From a virus (Duplodnaviria; Caudoviricetes): a DNA stretch of 58,141 bases. Each line of letters opens with the position of its first letter. Position 1 is the first letter of the stretch. This document shows positions 39,280-48,970 of the stretch, one piece after another. The notes under the pieces were generated by a model. The model made no database searches, was not told the origin of the DNA, and saw only the letters and a program-made list of their open reading frames with translations. The position numbers and the translations under genes are program-made. The stretch lies in the IMG/VR virus record IMGVR_UViG_3300025168_000098, positions 1 through 58,141 of that record; one strand, 5' to 3'.

Positions 39280-41142
39280 TCAGTTCCTATGTGCAATATT
39301 GGATTCTAGCCATGCCGCTAATCCGTTCATGCCGTTACTCACTTTTGGTTGTGGGTCGAATGTTTTGGTTGCTGTTTTCTTTGATGCAACAGTTGGGATA
39401 GATTTGCGAGATGGGGTTGCTTCAACACCAACTTCTGCAAGTCTTTCTTCTACTCTCTTGGCTACTTCCGCCTCAAGTTTTACTTCTGCTTCTCTTGCCG
39501 CTTTTTCTTCTTTTAGTGAAGTAATCTCAGCCTTTAGAGATGTGATTTCATCTTCTGAGTTATCGAGTATTTCTTCCTCAACAACTTCTGATTTTTCTTG
39601 CATAGAATCAAGAGTCTCCATGATACTCTTTAATGCAGATGCAACATCAATTAATGCTTCTCTTGGAGAAGGCATTTCAATTTCCTCTTCTACGGATTTT
39701 TCTTCCATCATTTCTTCTGTTGTTTCAATAACAACATCTTCTACTAATTCAGGAGTCTCAACAACTACTGATTCTTCTTCGGTTGCAGTAGCATCTTCTG
39801 TGATTAAGTCCATATCTTCGGAGTCCATTAATCCCTTGCTTGACTCTAAGTGGCTATTAACTGATTCGTCTGACTCAAGCCGACTCTCAATAGCATCTAA
39901 TTTGGCTAAAACATCGAAAATCATCTTTTTATCATCATCTTCATCATAATATCCCGCTTCTTCCGGTGCATCTGTTGTATCAACATCTATTCCTTCCCAC
40001 TCTTCGGATTTACCATAAACGACAGTAATGTATTGGTCATCTTCTTCGATTCTAACTATGTGCTTTTCAGTAGTATCGAAATCTAATTTTTTAATTTCTG
40101 ATTCTGAGTCTTTTTCATCACAGCAATCATCACCGCAATCACAATCTTCCATGTTGGTGTCAACACCTAACATTACAGATTTCTGAACTGAGAAAAGTGC
40201 GTCAGGACTTGCTGGAACATCAACAACAGAAGTTTCGACCCAATCAATTTCTGTAAACTTCATGTAGCAACTATCATCATCTTTACATTCTTTTACTGCC
40301 GCCTTAGCGATAAAACCGATTGAAAATGCTTTCAACATTCCTTTTCTGATTTTTCTTGTAATGTCTTTTTCTCCACCATCAATAATTGCAGTTCCCATAG
40401 GCATTTTTACACCGTCTTGTTCTTCCATAGAAACATCGGTCATACGGCCTATTACACCGTATGTTTTTGAGTGGTTGTATAGAATGACAGGATTCTTTGA
40501 ATACTTGTTCCAAGCATCCATGATTGCCTTAGAATCAACAAGTTCTCCATGCCTGTCTAGCATATCATCTCCACCGACATAAACTGCACCACGAATCTTA
40601 ACATCATCTGATTCTTTTTCTTGAACTGCTTTATCAATTTTGAATGGAGTAATTATTCTATAATGAATCTCAACAGGCATTGATTTACCGGCCTTAGAAT
40701 CGAAGTCAGAATCTCCAACTATTGTCGCATCTTCTATCGAGATTTCATGGGTCATATCATGTGTTGGATAACTCAAGGTTTTTATCGGATTCGGATGAAA
40801 TGACTTTTCATCAGCATCAAAAGTTCTCTTTAATCTTCTTGACCAAGATAGCCCTGCTCGACCACCCCAAAGTAATGCGGCGACCCATGCTGGTGAATCT
40901 TTATCAAAAGTCAAAAACCTTGCATTTCTTCCCCACCATCGAACCATTTTTTTGGCTTTGGCAATTGTGATTGGTGTGCCTCTAACAATTGCTCTTGCTT
41001 CTCTAACTGTGGCCGCTTCTAAACCACTTCCACCCATTCCTTCTTCTACCATTTTTATTCCTGTTTTACAGGCTGATTTGACACCTGCTGGTGGACTTAA
41101 TTGTTGTCTTGTTGGTGTTTTCTTAGTTTGTATTTCTGTCAT
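39280..41142 (-). CDS. Prohead protease with N-terminal extra domain and C-terminal scaffold-like coil
   Basis: DRHGE, VILYNH, AFSIGF and ETSVVDVPASP HK97 protease motifs; acidic coiled-coil tail. Confidence 0.9.
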   Translation of the reverse strand: MTEIQTKKTPTRQQLSPPAGVKSACKTGIKMVEEGMGGSGLEAATVREARAIVRGTPITIAKAKKMVRWWGRNARFLTFDKDSPAWVAALLWGGRAGLSWSRRLKRTFDADEKSFHPNPIKTLSYPTHDMTHEISIEDATIVGDSDFDSKAGKSMPVEIHYRIITPFKIDKAVQEKESDDVKIRGAVYVGGDDMLDRHGELVDSKAIMDAWNKYSKNPVILYNHSKTYGVIGRMTDVSMEEQDGVKMPMGTAIIDGGEKDITRKIRKGMLKAFSIGFIAKAAVKECKDDDSCYMKFTEIDWVETSVVDVPASPDALFSVQKSVMLGVDTNMEDCDCGDDCCDEKDSESEIKKLDFDTTEKHIVRIEEDDQYITVVYGKSEEWEGIDVDTTDAPEEAGYYDEDDDKKMIFDVLAKLDAIESRLESDESVNSHLESSKGLMDSEDMDLITEDATATEEESVVVETPELVEDVVIETTEEMMEEKSVEEEIEMPSPREALIDVASALKSIMETLDSMQEKSEVVEEEILDNSEDEITSLKAEITSLKEEKAAREAEVKLEAEVAKRVEERLAEVGVEATPSRKSIPTVASKKTATKTFDPQPKVSNGMNGLAAWLESNIAHRN

Positions 41143-41154
41143 TTCAATACCCCA

Positions 41155-41385
41155 TTATTTTTCGACCCTTAACATCATGTCTAATTTTGTTTTTATTTCA
41201 GCAAGTTGGACTTTCACATCTTGCATATCTTCTTTGGCTTTTCGATGATGAGCCCCAAACTCATTCTTCACTTCATAGAGAGCGAAAACCATGAACCGAT
41301 ATAGTGCATAAATAGACCCCAAAAGTAAAACTAATGGTAAACCATAATCTTCAACTAAAGAAAATGTTGATAGTGCATCTGTCAT
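41155..41385 (-). CDS. Small membrane protein (TM plus coiled coil)
   Basis: Hydrophobic YGLPLVLLLGSIYALY segment. Confidence 0.65.
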   Translation of the reverse strand: MTDALSTFSLVEDYGLPLVLLLGSIYALYRFMVFALYEVKNEFGAHHRKAKEDMQDVKVQLAEIKTKLDMMLRVEK

Positions 41386-41780
41386 TTCAATACCCCGTAG
41401 TTTCTGTCGAACTCATCTAGTGATTTTGTTAAAGATTTTTTCAAGTCTATTCTTGCATCTTTCATTACTGAAATTAACGCTGGTCTGAGATATGGAATTG
41501 GGTCATATGGTGCGAAACTAAATCGGCCAAACTCGACATATCTAGCATAATCAACTTTAGTTCCTTGACCACCAAAAGAAACAATCCTTTGTCTAGGATT
41601 TGCTGTTAATTCTATTCTTCCACTTGCTCTTAATGCACCTGTGCGAACAGGGGCATTTTTCTTTGCTTGGGTTAGTATTCTTGAAGCCAATAAATCTAGG
41701 TATGAAGGCACTATTTTGGTTGGAACTCTTTTCGACCCTCTTCTTAATTCAGAAGCGAAACGAGAAAAAGGTTTTGCCAT
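41382..41780 (-). CDS. HK97 gp10-like neck/tail completion protein
   Basis: AKKNAPVRTGALRASG, YARYVEFG, PYLRPA. Confidence 0.85.
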   Translation of the reverse strand: MAKPFSRFASELRRGSKRVPTKIVPSYLDLLASRILTQAKKNAPVRTGALRASGRIELTANPRQRIVSFGGQGTKVDYARYVEFGRFSFAPYDPIPYLRPALISVMKDARIDLKKSLTKSLDEFDRNYGVLK

Positions 41781-41787
41781 ATTTTAT

Positions 41788-44208
41788 TCACTCCAAATCT
41801 AGTATCTCAGCACCTTCAACATCAGGTTTCAAAATCTGTGATTCAGGCACAGGTTCTCTTGGATTGATTTCGTCAGATGCTTCGTATGGAGTAAAGGTGC
41901 AACGGCAGTTTGGATGGGCTGGAATTACCCCACCTGATTTGTCAATTGGATATACAGCATTCTCAAATGGAACACACAAATCTTTGTCTGTTACTGAATC
42001 AACAGTTACCAATCTTTGAACCTGTGTAAATCCTAATTTTTTCAGCCCTGAAAGATGTGAGTTTTCAACAACTCTTCTTGTTTCTGTTCTAGCAATTCTG
42101 TTGTAATAATATCTCGGAAATGCTTTTCCTGTTGGGTCAATCACTCTTCTCATTTCTCTTTGAACCCATTGCCAATTTTTACTATCTACCAAAGCCGCCT
42201 CAAAGACTGTGAAGATTTCTTTTCTGAAAGCCCCAAGTGTATTTTTTAATGCTGGAACACGCCATCTTGCATTCCAATATCTCATTGCTTCTGCATCTCT
42301 AAAATCAAAGGATATTCCTACACCTGATGCAGATGCCATTGTAGCAAGAGTTTCATCAAATCCAACTGTAAGTGCAGTAGATGTTGAAACTGTTTGTTTG
42401 TCAAGTAATTCTTGTAATTCTCTATCGAGTAAATCAACCATCCAAACTAAGTCATCTCCACCAACTGCTTTTGTCAGAACTCCGTCAAAATCAGATGTTG
42501 GGTTCAACACGTTCCCAAGACTGTATTCAAAAATATCTGTCGGATTTATTCTCTCAGAATATTTATCAATTAATCTGTCAGCAAACTCTTCTTGATTTTT
42601 CATAAGTTTCTGTTCTGTTTGTCTTGTAGTTGCCCTGACAATTCTATCATATTGTGTTCGACTTGCATCGTTAATTTTTTTTTTAATGTCGTGAAGTTCT
42701 TCTGCGGAATATGCTATCTCATCCGTGTCAGAAAACTTCGGCATATCACCAATTTCTTCTTCATCTTCTTGTTCCATTGGATTTGGAAATAAATCGTCTA
42801 ATCCAATATCATCTTCTGAACTTGTTTCATCTTCTGAACTTGCATCTTTTGGAGTATTAATAGATAGTTTTGGACTAACAAAGAATGGGTCATTTGCTCT
42901 TTCGTTTTTGATGACAGGGAATCCCAACATTTCTCTTGCTTCATTGATTGTAATTGCCGCTTCCTGTCTTAGTGTTGCCACCGCAGATGCTTGTGCCTTC
43001 AAAGTCTCGGCTCTCTCGGTTTCTCTTGATGGTCTGATGCTTACAAACTTGAACTTCCAATCTGTAATTTCTAGTAATGGGAATATACGATTATTCATCA
43101 TAGAAGATATCCTCGCATGATAGGATTCGATGACATCATACCAAGCATCAAGTTGTTGCTCAGGATTTGCTAATTTACCTGTCTGAACCCAGCCAAGTTT
43201 CATTGGTGGAATACCAAAAACAGCACAGATTTCTTCACGGTAATAATACAACAAATCTAACTGAGCCCCTTCTCTTGTTGAATCAATTAATCGGTGCATA
43301 TTGAATCCTGTTCCACCATTGATTGCGATAAGTCCGAATGGTGATTTTCCACCTGATAATTGTTGTTCTATAAGACCCAACATTGCCTTCATTTCAGTAT
43401 TAGAAATATCTCCAACATTTAGGATAGTTTTGGGTAAAGTTCCTGTGTAAAGCATATTCAAATAATTTGATAGATTTAATTGACCTGCTATTATCTCCAT
43501 CAAAGGAATTAATGGACTTGAACCATATCCTCTTCCTTGCTTAAACTTAGCAATGTGAATTACTTTATTTGAATCGAACTTTCTCATTGTTTTATCGAGG
43601 GATTGGATGTAAGCCATTTTTGGTGGCTTCGGGGTCTGATTTGCTGGAACAAGTTTCATTGTTTCAGATGGAATAGTCCACACAGCGAGTAAGTCTCCAC
43701 CATATGACCAATTTTCACCATTTGCAGATGATTTGTCGGCACTTCCATCGAGTTCTAGGTAGGCATCCCCGAAGAGGATTAAATCGAACAGAAGAGACTC
43801 CAACCATTCATCACCCATATCGTCAGGATTTGGATTTTTGAAGAAGTTTCTCAACTTGTCTAGTTGCTCTTGACTTCCATCTTCTTTTCCGTCTGCTAAA
43901 ACAAACTCATATCCATTAGCAAGAGTATCATCAACACATCTTCTGAGGATTGCATTTACAACTTCTGATTTGAGAGAAATCTGTCTGAGAAGATTGTATG
44001 AAACTTGTGTATCTGCACCACTTGAGGATTGACGGCCAGCAGTTGTTGCCAAACCTATTTTTGAAAGAGATGCAAGAGTTTTTCCATCCCATGCAATTCC
44101 TTCACTTCCCATATTTCCATTGATTAAATCTGACATTTTTTGAGTATCTGCTGGGTCAGCCCTTCTTCTCAAAAGTCTGTCAATGATACTTCGCTGACGC
44201 TCGGCCAT
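41788..44208 (-). CDS. Portal protein fused to SPP1 gp7/MuF-like domain
   Basis: Portal motifs LFGDAYL, GYGSSP, ICAVFGIPP, TINEAR; C-terminal RIARTE and PAHPNCRC. Confidence 0.9.
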   Translation of the reverse strand: MAERQRSIIDRLLRRRADPADTQKMSDLINGNMGSEGIAWDGKTLASLSKIGLATTAGRQSSSGADTQVSYNLLRQISLKSEVVNAILRRCVDDTLANGYEFVLADGKEDGSQEQLDKLRNFFKNPNPDDMGDEWLESLLFDLILFGDAYLELDGSADKSSANGENWSYGGDLLAVWTIPSETMKLVPANQTPKPPKMAYIQSLDKTMRKFDSNKVIHIAKFKQGRGYGSSPLIPLMEIIAGQLNLSNYLNMLYTGTLPKTILNVGDISNTEMKAMLGLIEQQLSGGKSPFGLIAINGGTGFNMHRLIDSTREGAQLDLLYYYREEICAVFGIPPMKLGWVQTGKLANPEQQLDAWYDVIESYHARISSMMNNRIFPLLEITDWKFKFVSIRPSRETERAETLKAQASAVATLRQEAAITINEAREMLGFPVIKNERANDPFFVSPKLSINTPKDASSEDETSSEDDIGLDDLFPNPMEQEDEEEIGDMPKFSDTDEIAYSAEELHDIKKKINDASRTQYDRIVRATTRQTEQKLMKNQEEFADRLIDKYSERINPTDIFEYSLGNVLNPTSDFDGVLTKAVGGDDLVWMVDLLDRELQELLDKQTVSTSTALTVGFDETLATMASASGVGISFDFRDAEAMRYWNARWRVPALKNTLGAFRKEIFTVFEAALVDSKNWQWVQREMRRVIDPTGKAFPRYYYNRIARTETRRVVENSHLSGLKKLGFTQVQRLVTVDSVTDKDLCVPFENAVYPIDKSGGVIPAHPNCRCTFTPYEASDEINPREPVPESQILKPDVEGAEILDLE

Positions 44209-44318
44209 AAGTTAATGGGTTGTGTTCCGGTTTTTCACCATGACGGCTCTAACCTAGTTTATCGGTGTCTAAAGCAATTATTGAGAACATGAAAAAAAGT
44301 ATCAACCAGCAACAGGTT

Positions 44319-45164
44319 TCAAGAGTCATTTATCTCGACTCCATACCAATCAACCCCTCTAGTATAATCGCCATGAATCTCAAATGTAGCAAAGATGTCA
44401 TATTTTCCTTTTGATAGATTTCCAATTGTCATGTTTGTTTGCTCATAATCATTACCAAATGTTTCGTATGTTATTTTGTCTTGAAGTGGCTCTTTTCCTG
44501 TTGAGTTATTTTCGTAGATAGTCCAATAAACTGTTAGATTGTGATTGTCATTGAAACAGGATAAATCAGCATCCCATGAGAATGTAATATTCTCATTATA
44601 CCAAGACCAATAAACATCATAGAAAACGGGGTCGCATTGTTCCCCTTCTTGATACTGACAAGAATCATCATCGTGGTCTGCATATGGGTCATAATTTTCT
44701 GCTTCGGGGTCGGTGCATCCATAGGTTTCTTCGGGTTCTTCCTCATACTCACAAGAGCCATCATCTTCCCATGCTTCTTCATCATAATTTAGTGCATCTT
44801 CATCCATACATCCATAAGAAATATTAGGTTCTTCACAGGTATCAGTTTCTTCACATTCTTCAACATTTTCTTCGGGTTCATCTGAACCATCTCGACAGTT
44901 TTTGTAGCCATCATCAACTAGAGAATATTCTATGACCGAACCATCACCACATACAAAGTCATCACCCATTTCCCAATCTTCATCAATTACCCATTCATCA
45001 TCTCCTTCACCATATGGTGTAAAATCAACTAAACCAATACCTTCTGCGGCTGGTAAAACTAAAGCAATAATTGATGCAATAGTTATGATTAATTGACGAA
45101 GTTCCGTTGCCCTTTCATTGACTACTTCTATGATTGAATCCGCTTCTTCTTTTGTCAATGTCAT
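44319..45164 (-). CDS. Membrane/secreted acidic protein with LDL-A-like module and GCxD repeats
   Basis: N-terminal hydrophobic helix; FVCGDG...DGYKNCRDGSDE; two YGCxD..A.NYD..A..DD.SC repeats. Confidence 0.75.
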   Translation of the reverse strand: MTLTKEEADSIIEVVNERATELRQLIITIASIIALVLPAAEGIGLVDFTPYGEGDDEWVIDEDWEMGDDFVCGDGSVIEYSLVDDGYKNCRDGSDEPEENVEECEETDTCEEPNISYGCMDEDALNYDEEAWEDDGSCEYEEEPEETYGCTDPEAENYDPYADHDDDSCQYQEGEQCDPVFYDVYWSWYNENITFSWDADLSCFNDNHNLTVYWTIYENNSTGKEPLQDKITYETFGNDYEQTNMTIGNLSKGKYDIFATFEIHGDYTRGVDWYGVEINDS

Positions 45165-45216
45165 TCACTCCGACACTCCTTCTCTACAATGAGAGGATAT
45201 TGACTGTATCGGCTTC

Positions 45217-45468
45217 TCAAATCATCATAGGTATTCCAACGCTTGCTGATACGGCGGCGAAAAAAATCAAAGCCATTTTTTGAGTCCACATTTCGACAAA
45301 CTTTTCAATCGGAGATAATCTAGTTTTGATTACGGCGACATCGGTTTTTAATTCATTCATATCTTTTTCAACGTGAGCAAGATGATTATCTTTCAGAACT
45401 GTCATATCTTCTCTAATTTGTATCAAAGAATCTTTGATAAAATCGAGTTCTTCGGACACAGAAATCAC
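45217..45468 (-). CDS. Coiled-coil protein with C-terminal TM
   Basis: NHLAHVEKDM coil plus hydrophobic C-terminus. Confidence 0.65.
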   Translation of the reverse strand: MISVSEELDFIKDSLIQIREDMTVLKDNHLAHVEKDMNELKTDVAVIKTRLSPIEKFVEMWTQKMALIFFAAVSASVGIPMMI

Positions 45469-45794
45469 GCTTCTTCGGTGTTGGCTTCAACAGCCTCAGA
45501 AAGACGTGCTACGAGTTCCGCTTTTGTTCCCGATGTTGAAAGTCCTTTTTCTTTGCACATTTCTATTAATTCTGCTTTCTTTTTAGCATCCATAGCCGAA
45601 GTAACTTCATCAACTGCTTCAACAACATCATCAATCTTACTTTCACTCTCAGTCAAAGTATCAATTATTTCGTCAAGACTTACTTTACCATCAGCCATAA
45701 TTTTCTGATACTTTTTCAATCCCCATACTGTCAGTCCGAGAACTGCCGCTAAGACAGCAATCCATAATTCTAATTCTACACCATATATCTGCAT
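45465..45794 (-). CDS. Membrane-anchored SAP-domain protein
   Basis: TM WIAVLAAVLGLTVWGL; DGKVSLDE; C-terminal KKKAELIEMCKEKGLSTSGTKAELVARL. Confidence 0.75.
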   Translation of the reverse strand: MQIYGVELELWIAVLAAVLGLTVWGLKKYQKIMADGKVSLDEIIDTLTESESKIDDVVEAVDEVTSAMDAKKKAELIEMCKEKGLSTSGTKAELVARLSEAVEANTEEA

Positions 45795-45804
45795 TTATTT
45801 CACC

Positions 45805-46248
45805 TTAATTTTTCTTTTTTGTATTGAACTCATCCATGTCTAATTCGTGCTTCTGTCTTAGGGATGCTTGCTCTATCTCATGTTGGATGTGAGCATTTTC
45901 CATTTCCTTGACGTGAGCAAGGAATGCTTCTGCACTTTTCATTTCAGATTCAAGACGGGAAGGTAACGCACCAAGTTCTGCGGCTTGTTCGCTTTTCCAT
46001 GACTCCAAAACGGAGTTCATAAACAACAATGCTGGTGAACCAACAATTGCGATTAATGCGACATAGAAATCAAGATTTGATTGAACTAATCCTGTATCAT
46101 CATTTATTCCTGAATAGATAACAAAACAAGCGAAGAATAACCATGATAAAATCAATGGAACACCCAATGTCATCAACATGATATCATTGAATGTAATTGG
46201 CTTTTTAGGGCGTGTTGGGGGTTGAATTGAAGCAGTAGTTTTAGCCAT
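45805..46248 (-). CDS. Two-TM membrane protein with coiled coil (holin-like)
   Basis: Two hydrophobic segments followed by a charged helix. Confidence 0.65.
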   Translation of the reverse strand: MAKTTASIQPPTRPKKPITFNDIMLMTLGVPLILSWLFFACFVIYSGINDDTGLVQSNLDFYVALIAIVGSPALLFMNSVLESWKSEQAAELGALPSRLESEMKSAEAFLAHVKEMENAHIQHEIEQASLRQKHELDMDEFNTKKKN

Positions 46249-46405
46249 GCTGGTCGCCTTAATTCAAAGTCTGTTTTATCGAGGCTCTTTAGAGTATCGT
46301 CAGAAAGAGTAAGTTTTGATAGATTTTGGAGAATACCTCTAAATTAGGCTAAAATTATAGTCAGATATGGAATCATTGATATATGTAAGTATTATCCGAA
46401 GAACC

Positions 46406-46594
46406 ATGAACGCAAACGAAGCAGGTAATCTGACACTACTACGAACATGGGGTCGAGCAATACGAGCAATATGGAATAAAGAAGCAAGAAATGCTTTGAG
46501 AGGCGGAGAGTTTATCGCTTCTCACATTCAATTAATTCCAGCACATTTAACAGTTTTAGACGCTATTGTTTCATTCTTATTGGGGGCATTCTGA
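46406..46594 (+). CDS. Hypothetical protein (accessory cassette)
   Basis: Start MNANE downstream of the ATAGTCAGA/ATTGATATA element. Confidence 0.55.
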   Translation: MNANEAGNLTLLRTWGRAIRAIWNKEARNALRGGEFIASHIQLIPAHLTVLDAIVSFLLGAF

Positions 46595-46717
46595 ATGCAG
46601 TATGAACTTTGGGTATGTGGTGGGATATACACAAGAGGACATTCTCCTGAACCTGCTTGCATCTGCACAAAAAATTGCACTCCAACACCTTATGATTGGA
46701 GTCAACACAGAAAATAA
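46595..46717 (+). CDS. 40-aa Cys-rich microprotein
   Basis: MQYELWVCGGIYTRGHSPEPACICTKNCTPTPYDWSQHRK; starts right after the upstream TGA and ends before the terminator. Confidence 0.5.
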   Translation: MQYELWVCGGIYTRGHSPEPACICTKNCTPTPYDWSQHRK

Positions 46718-46722
46718 AAATA

Positions 46723-46772
46723 CCTAACCAAAATCGGGGGTCGCCTTCGGGCGACTCCCTTTTTTTTATTTT
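46723..46772 (+). terminator. cUUCGg hairpin terminator
   Basis: CCTAACCAAAATC-GGGGGTCGCC-TTCG-GGCGACTCCC-TTTTTTTTATTTT. Confidence 0.85.
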
Positions 46773-46815
46773 GAAAATCGAAACCATATAGACCCTCAAA
46801 ATATCAGCAGTATTC

Positions 46816-48333
46816 GTGAGCGATAGTATTACTGCTAAATTAACAGCAACACAAGCAAGAGAAATCGCAATTTATCCTGACCGTTGGGCTCAGTTTTTCA
46901 GAACAATAAACGGCCAAGAGTTTAGCCTACATGAAAGACCTTATCTGATAGATATCTATCGGCAATTTCAACCTAATATGAAGTCAGATAAAACCAAGAT
47001 AATTGTTCTCAAATGTAGTAGGAAAGTCGAGAAAACTGAAACCATCTGTAATCTACTATTGTATGGGCTTCTGAACATACCATATTTCAATGCAGTTTAT
47101 ACCGCCCCAAGACAGCCTCAAGTAAGCAGATTTGTTGATGAAAGATTCAACGGTGCTTTGATGTCATCTATCAATGGTGGATGCCTGATGAAACCAAGAG
47201 TAAAAACTTCTGTAAGTCATCAAACTTTTGATGTTGGTGCAAGGTCTTTGAATCATCTTTATGCTTACTCAAATTGGGGTGATGCACATGGTCTGTTGGG
47301 TATCGAAGCAGACATGGTATGTATTGACGAATATCAAGATTCAGGAACAGATGTTTTACCGATGCTAGTTGAGATGTTAGCATTGTCAGAATACAAGTGG
47401 GTTTTGATTAGTGGAACTGCAAGAGAACAGGGTTCAGACTTTTGGAAATTATGGGAGAAATCCAGCAAGGGAGAATGGAATGGAGAAGCATGGGTTCATG
47501 GAGATTCAGAAGAAAATATTATTGGATATCATATGAGTCAAAAAATGCATCCTCAGATTTCTGATGAAGATATCAAAATGAAGAAATCAACTTACACTCC
47601 GAGAAGATATGCGAATGAAGTTCTTGGAGAGTTTTTCGCTGGTTCAACGAAACCAATAACTTTCGATGAAGCATTGAAGGCTGTTGACACCAACAGGAAG
47701 ATTGTGAGATTTGTTGATGCACCGGAAGAAACTGTGATGGGTGTTGATTGGGGGAATCAGACAACAGTTGTGATTATGAGGAAAAATGGTGAAATCGTAA
47801 ATGCTCTAAAATTAGATTCAAGGGCTGACTTTGAAAATGATGAAGTTGAGGAAATCAAGAATCTCATAGAACGCTATAATTGCACCCAAGTTGTATGTGA
47901 TATAGGGTATGGGGCAAGACAGGTAAAAGAACTCCAAAGAGAATACGGAGATATGGTAAAATCATGCTATTATTCAAGTCGCCCCCTGACTCCATTCCAA
48001 TACAAGAAAAGAGACAATAATCGAAATCTAATTTACATGGTTGTTGTTGATAGAACTACTTACATCGAAGCAACAATTGAAGCAATCAAAAATGAAGAGA
48101 TTTCACTTCCATACAAAACAACAGATTTGGAATGGGTTTTGCATGAATGGTGTTCTTTGAACTCATCAGCAGAATCAGACGAAAAAAACCAAAGGCCAAT
48201 ATTATCTCAAAGTAAAACAAAGTTTGGTCGAGATGGAGATGACCACGCATTCCATGCTTTGCTCTATGCGAGACTAGCAATTGGATTCGATGAAGATAGT
48301 GGATTGCCCCAAATTAGAGTGTTTGGGGAATAA
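46816..48333 (+). CDS. terL: Terminase large subunit
   Basis: KCSRKVEKTE Walker A variant, YTAP, CIDEYQD, ISGT; nuclease motifs GVDWG, VCDIG, DDHAFHA. Confidence 0.9.
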   Translation: MSDSITAKLTATQAREIAIYPDRWAQFFRTINGQEFSLHERPYLIDIYRQFQPNMKSDKTKIIVLKCSRKVEKTETICNLLLYGLLNIPYFNAVYTAPRQPQVSRFVDERFNGALMSSINGGCLMKPRVKTSVSHQTFDVGARSLNHLYAYSNWGDAHGLLGIEADMVCIDEYQDSGTDVLPMLVEMLALSEYKWVLISGTAREQGSDFWKLWEKSSKGEWNGEAWVHGDSEENIIGYHMSQKMHPQISDEDIKMKKSTYTPRRYANEVLGEFFAGSTKPITFDEALKAVDTNRKIVRFVDAPEETVMGVDWGNQTTVVIMRKNGEIVNALKLDSRADFENDEVEEIKNLIERYNCTQVVCDIGYGARQVKELQREYGDMVKSCYYSSRPLTPFQYKKRDNNRNLIYMVVVDRTTYIEATIEAIKNEEISLPYKTTDLEWVLHEWCSLNSSAESDEKNQRPILSQSKTKFGRDGDDHAFHALLYARLAIGFDEDSGLPQIRVFGE

Positions 48334-48585
48334 AATCTTACGAATATCAATAGAAGCGTTTCTGAGCGTTTTTTGGGGTCGGTGGTAGGTATTGACCCAA
48401 ACCCCCCTAGAGTCCGTCAGATTGGCTGTAAATAGTCAAATATGGGAAAATACGGGTTTTGACCCCTGATGGAATACAGAATGGTAGTATTTCGATAAAA
48501 AATAGTCAGAAATGTAAATATTTAGATTTGTAATAAATCTGAAAAAAAGGTGTTGAGTGCTTTTTCGACCATGTTGGACTCAACA

Positions 48586-48867
48586 TCAATCGTGTTCCAA
48601 AAGAACATCAGCAGTTCCACCGTTCAATGTCAATACTGCAATAATTCCAGCAGGGAATGTTAATCCAGCAAATCCGTATGTAATTGCACCTGCACCAAAT
48701 GTAAATTGATGAACAAGATTTACCGCTATAATATCACCTATAACTTTTCCATTATAGAGTTTCAAAGTAGGTGAGCCTGTTGCATTACCTGCAATCGAAA
48801 GTAGGTTAGTTGTTGAAGCGAAAACAAAATTATTTCCTGTTGCTAAACTGAACGCTCGGTTTGCCAT
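48586..48867 (-). CDS. Small beta-rich hypothetical protein
   Basis: G/A/T-rich; preceded by the AACC-class promoter motif. Confidence 0.6.
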   Translation of the reverse strand: MANRAFSLATGNNFVFASTTNLLSIAGNATGSPTLKLYNGKVIGDIIAVNLVHQFTFGAGAITYGFAGLTFPAGIIAVLTLNGGTADVLLEHD

Positions 48868-48970
48868 AATCATCGAAGGAGAAATTACGGTTAATTACTG
48901 TTGATGTCAACAGGTATATCTGAGATGACAGAAAAAGATTTTTGTGAATTGGAGAATGTAGATGACGGAT

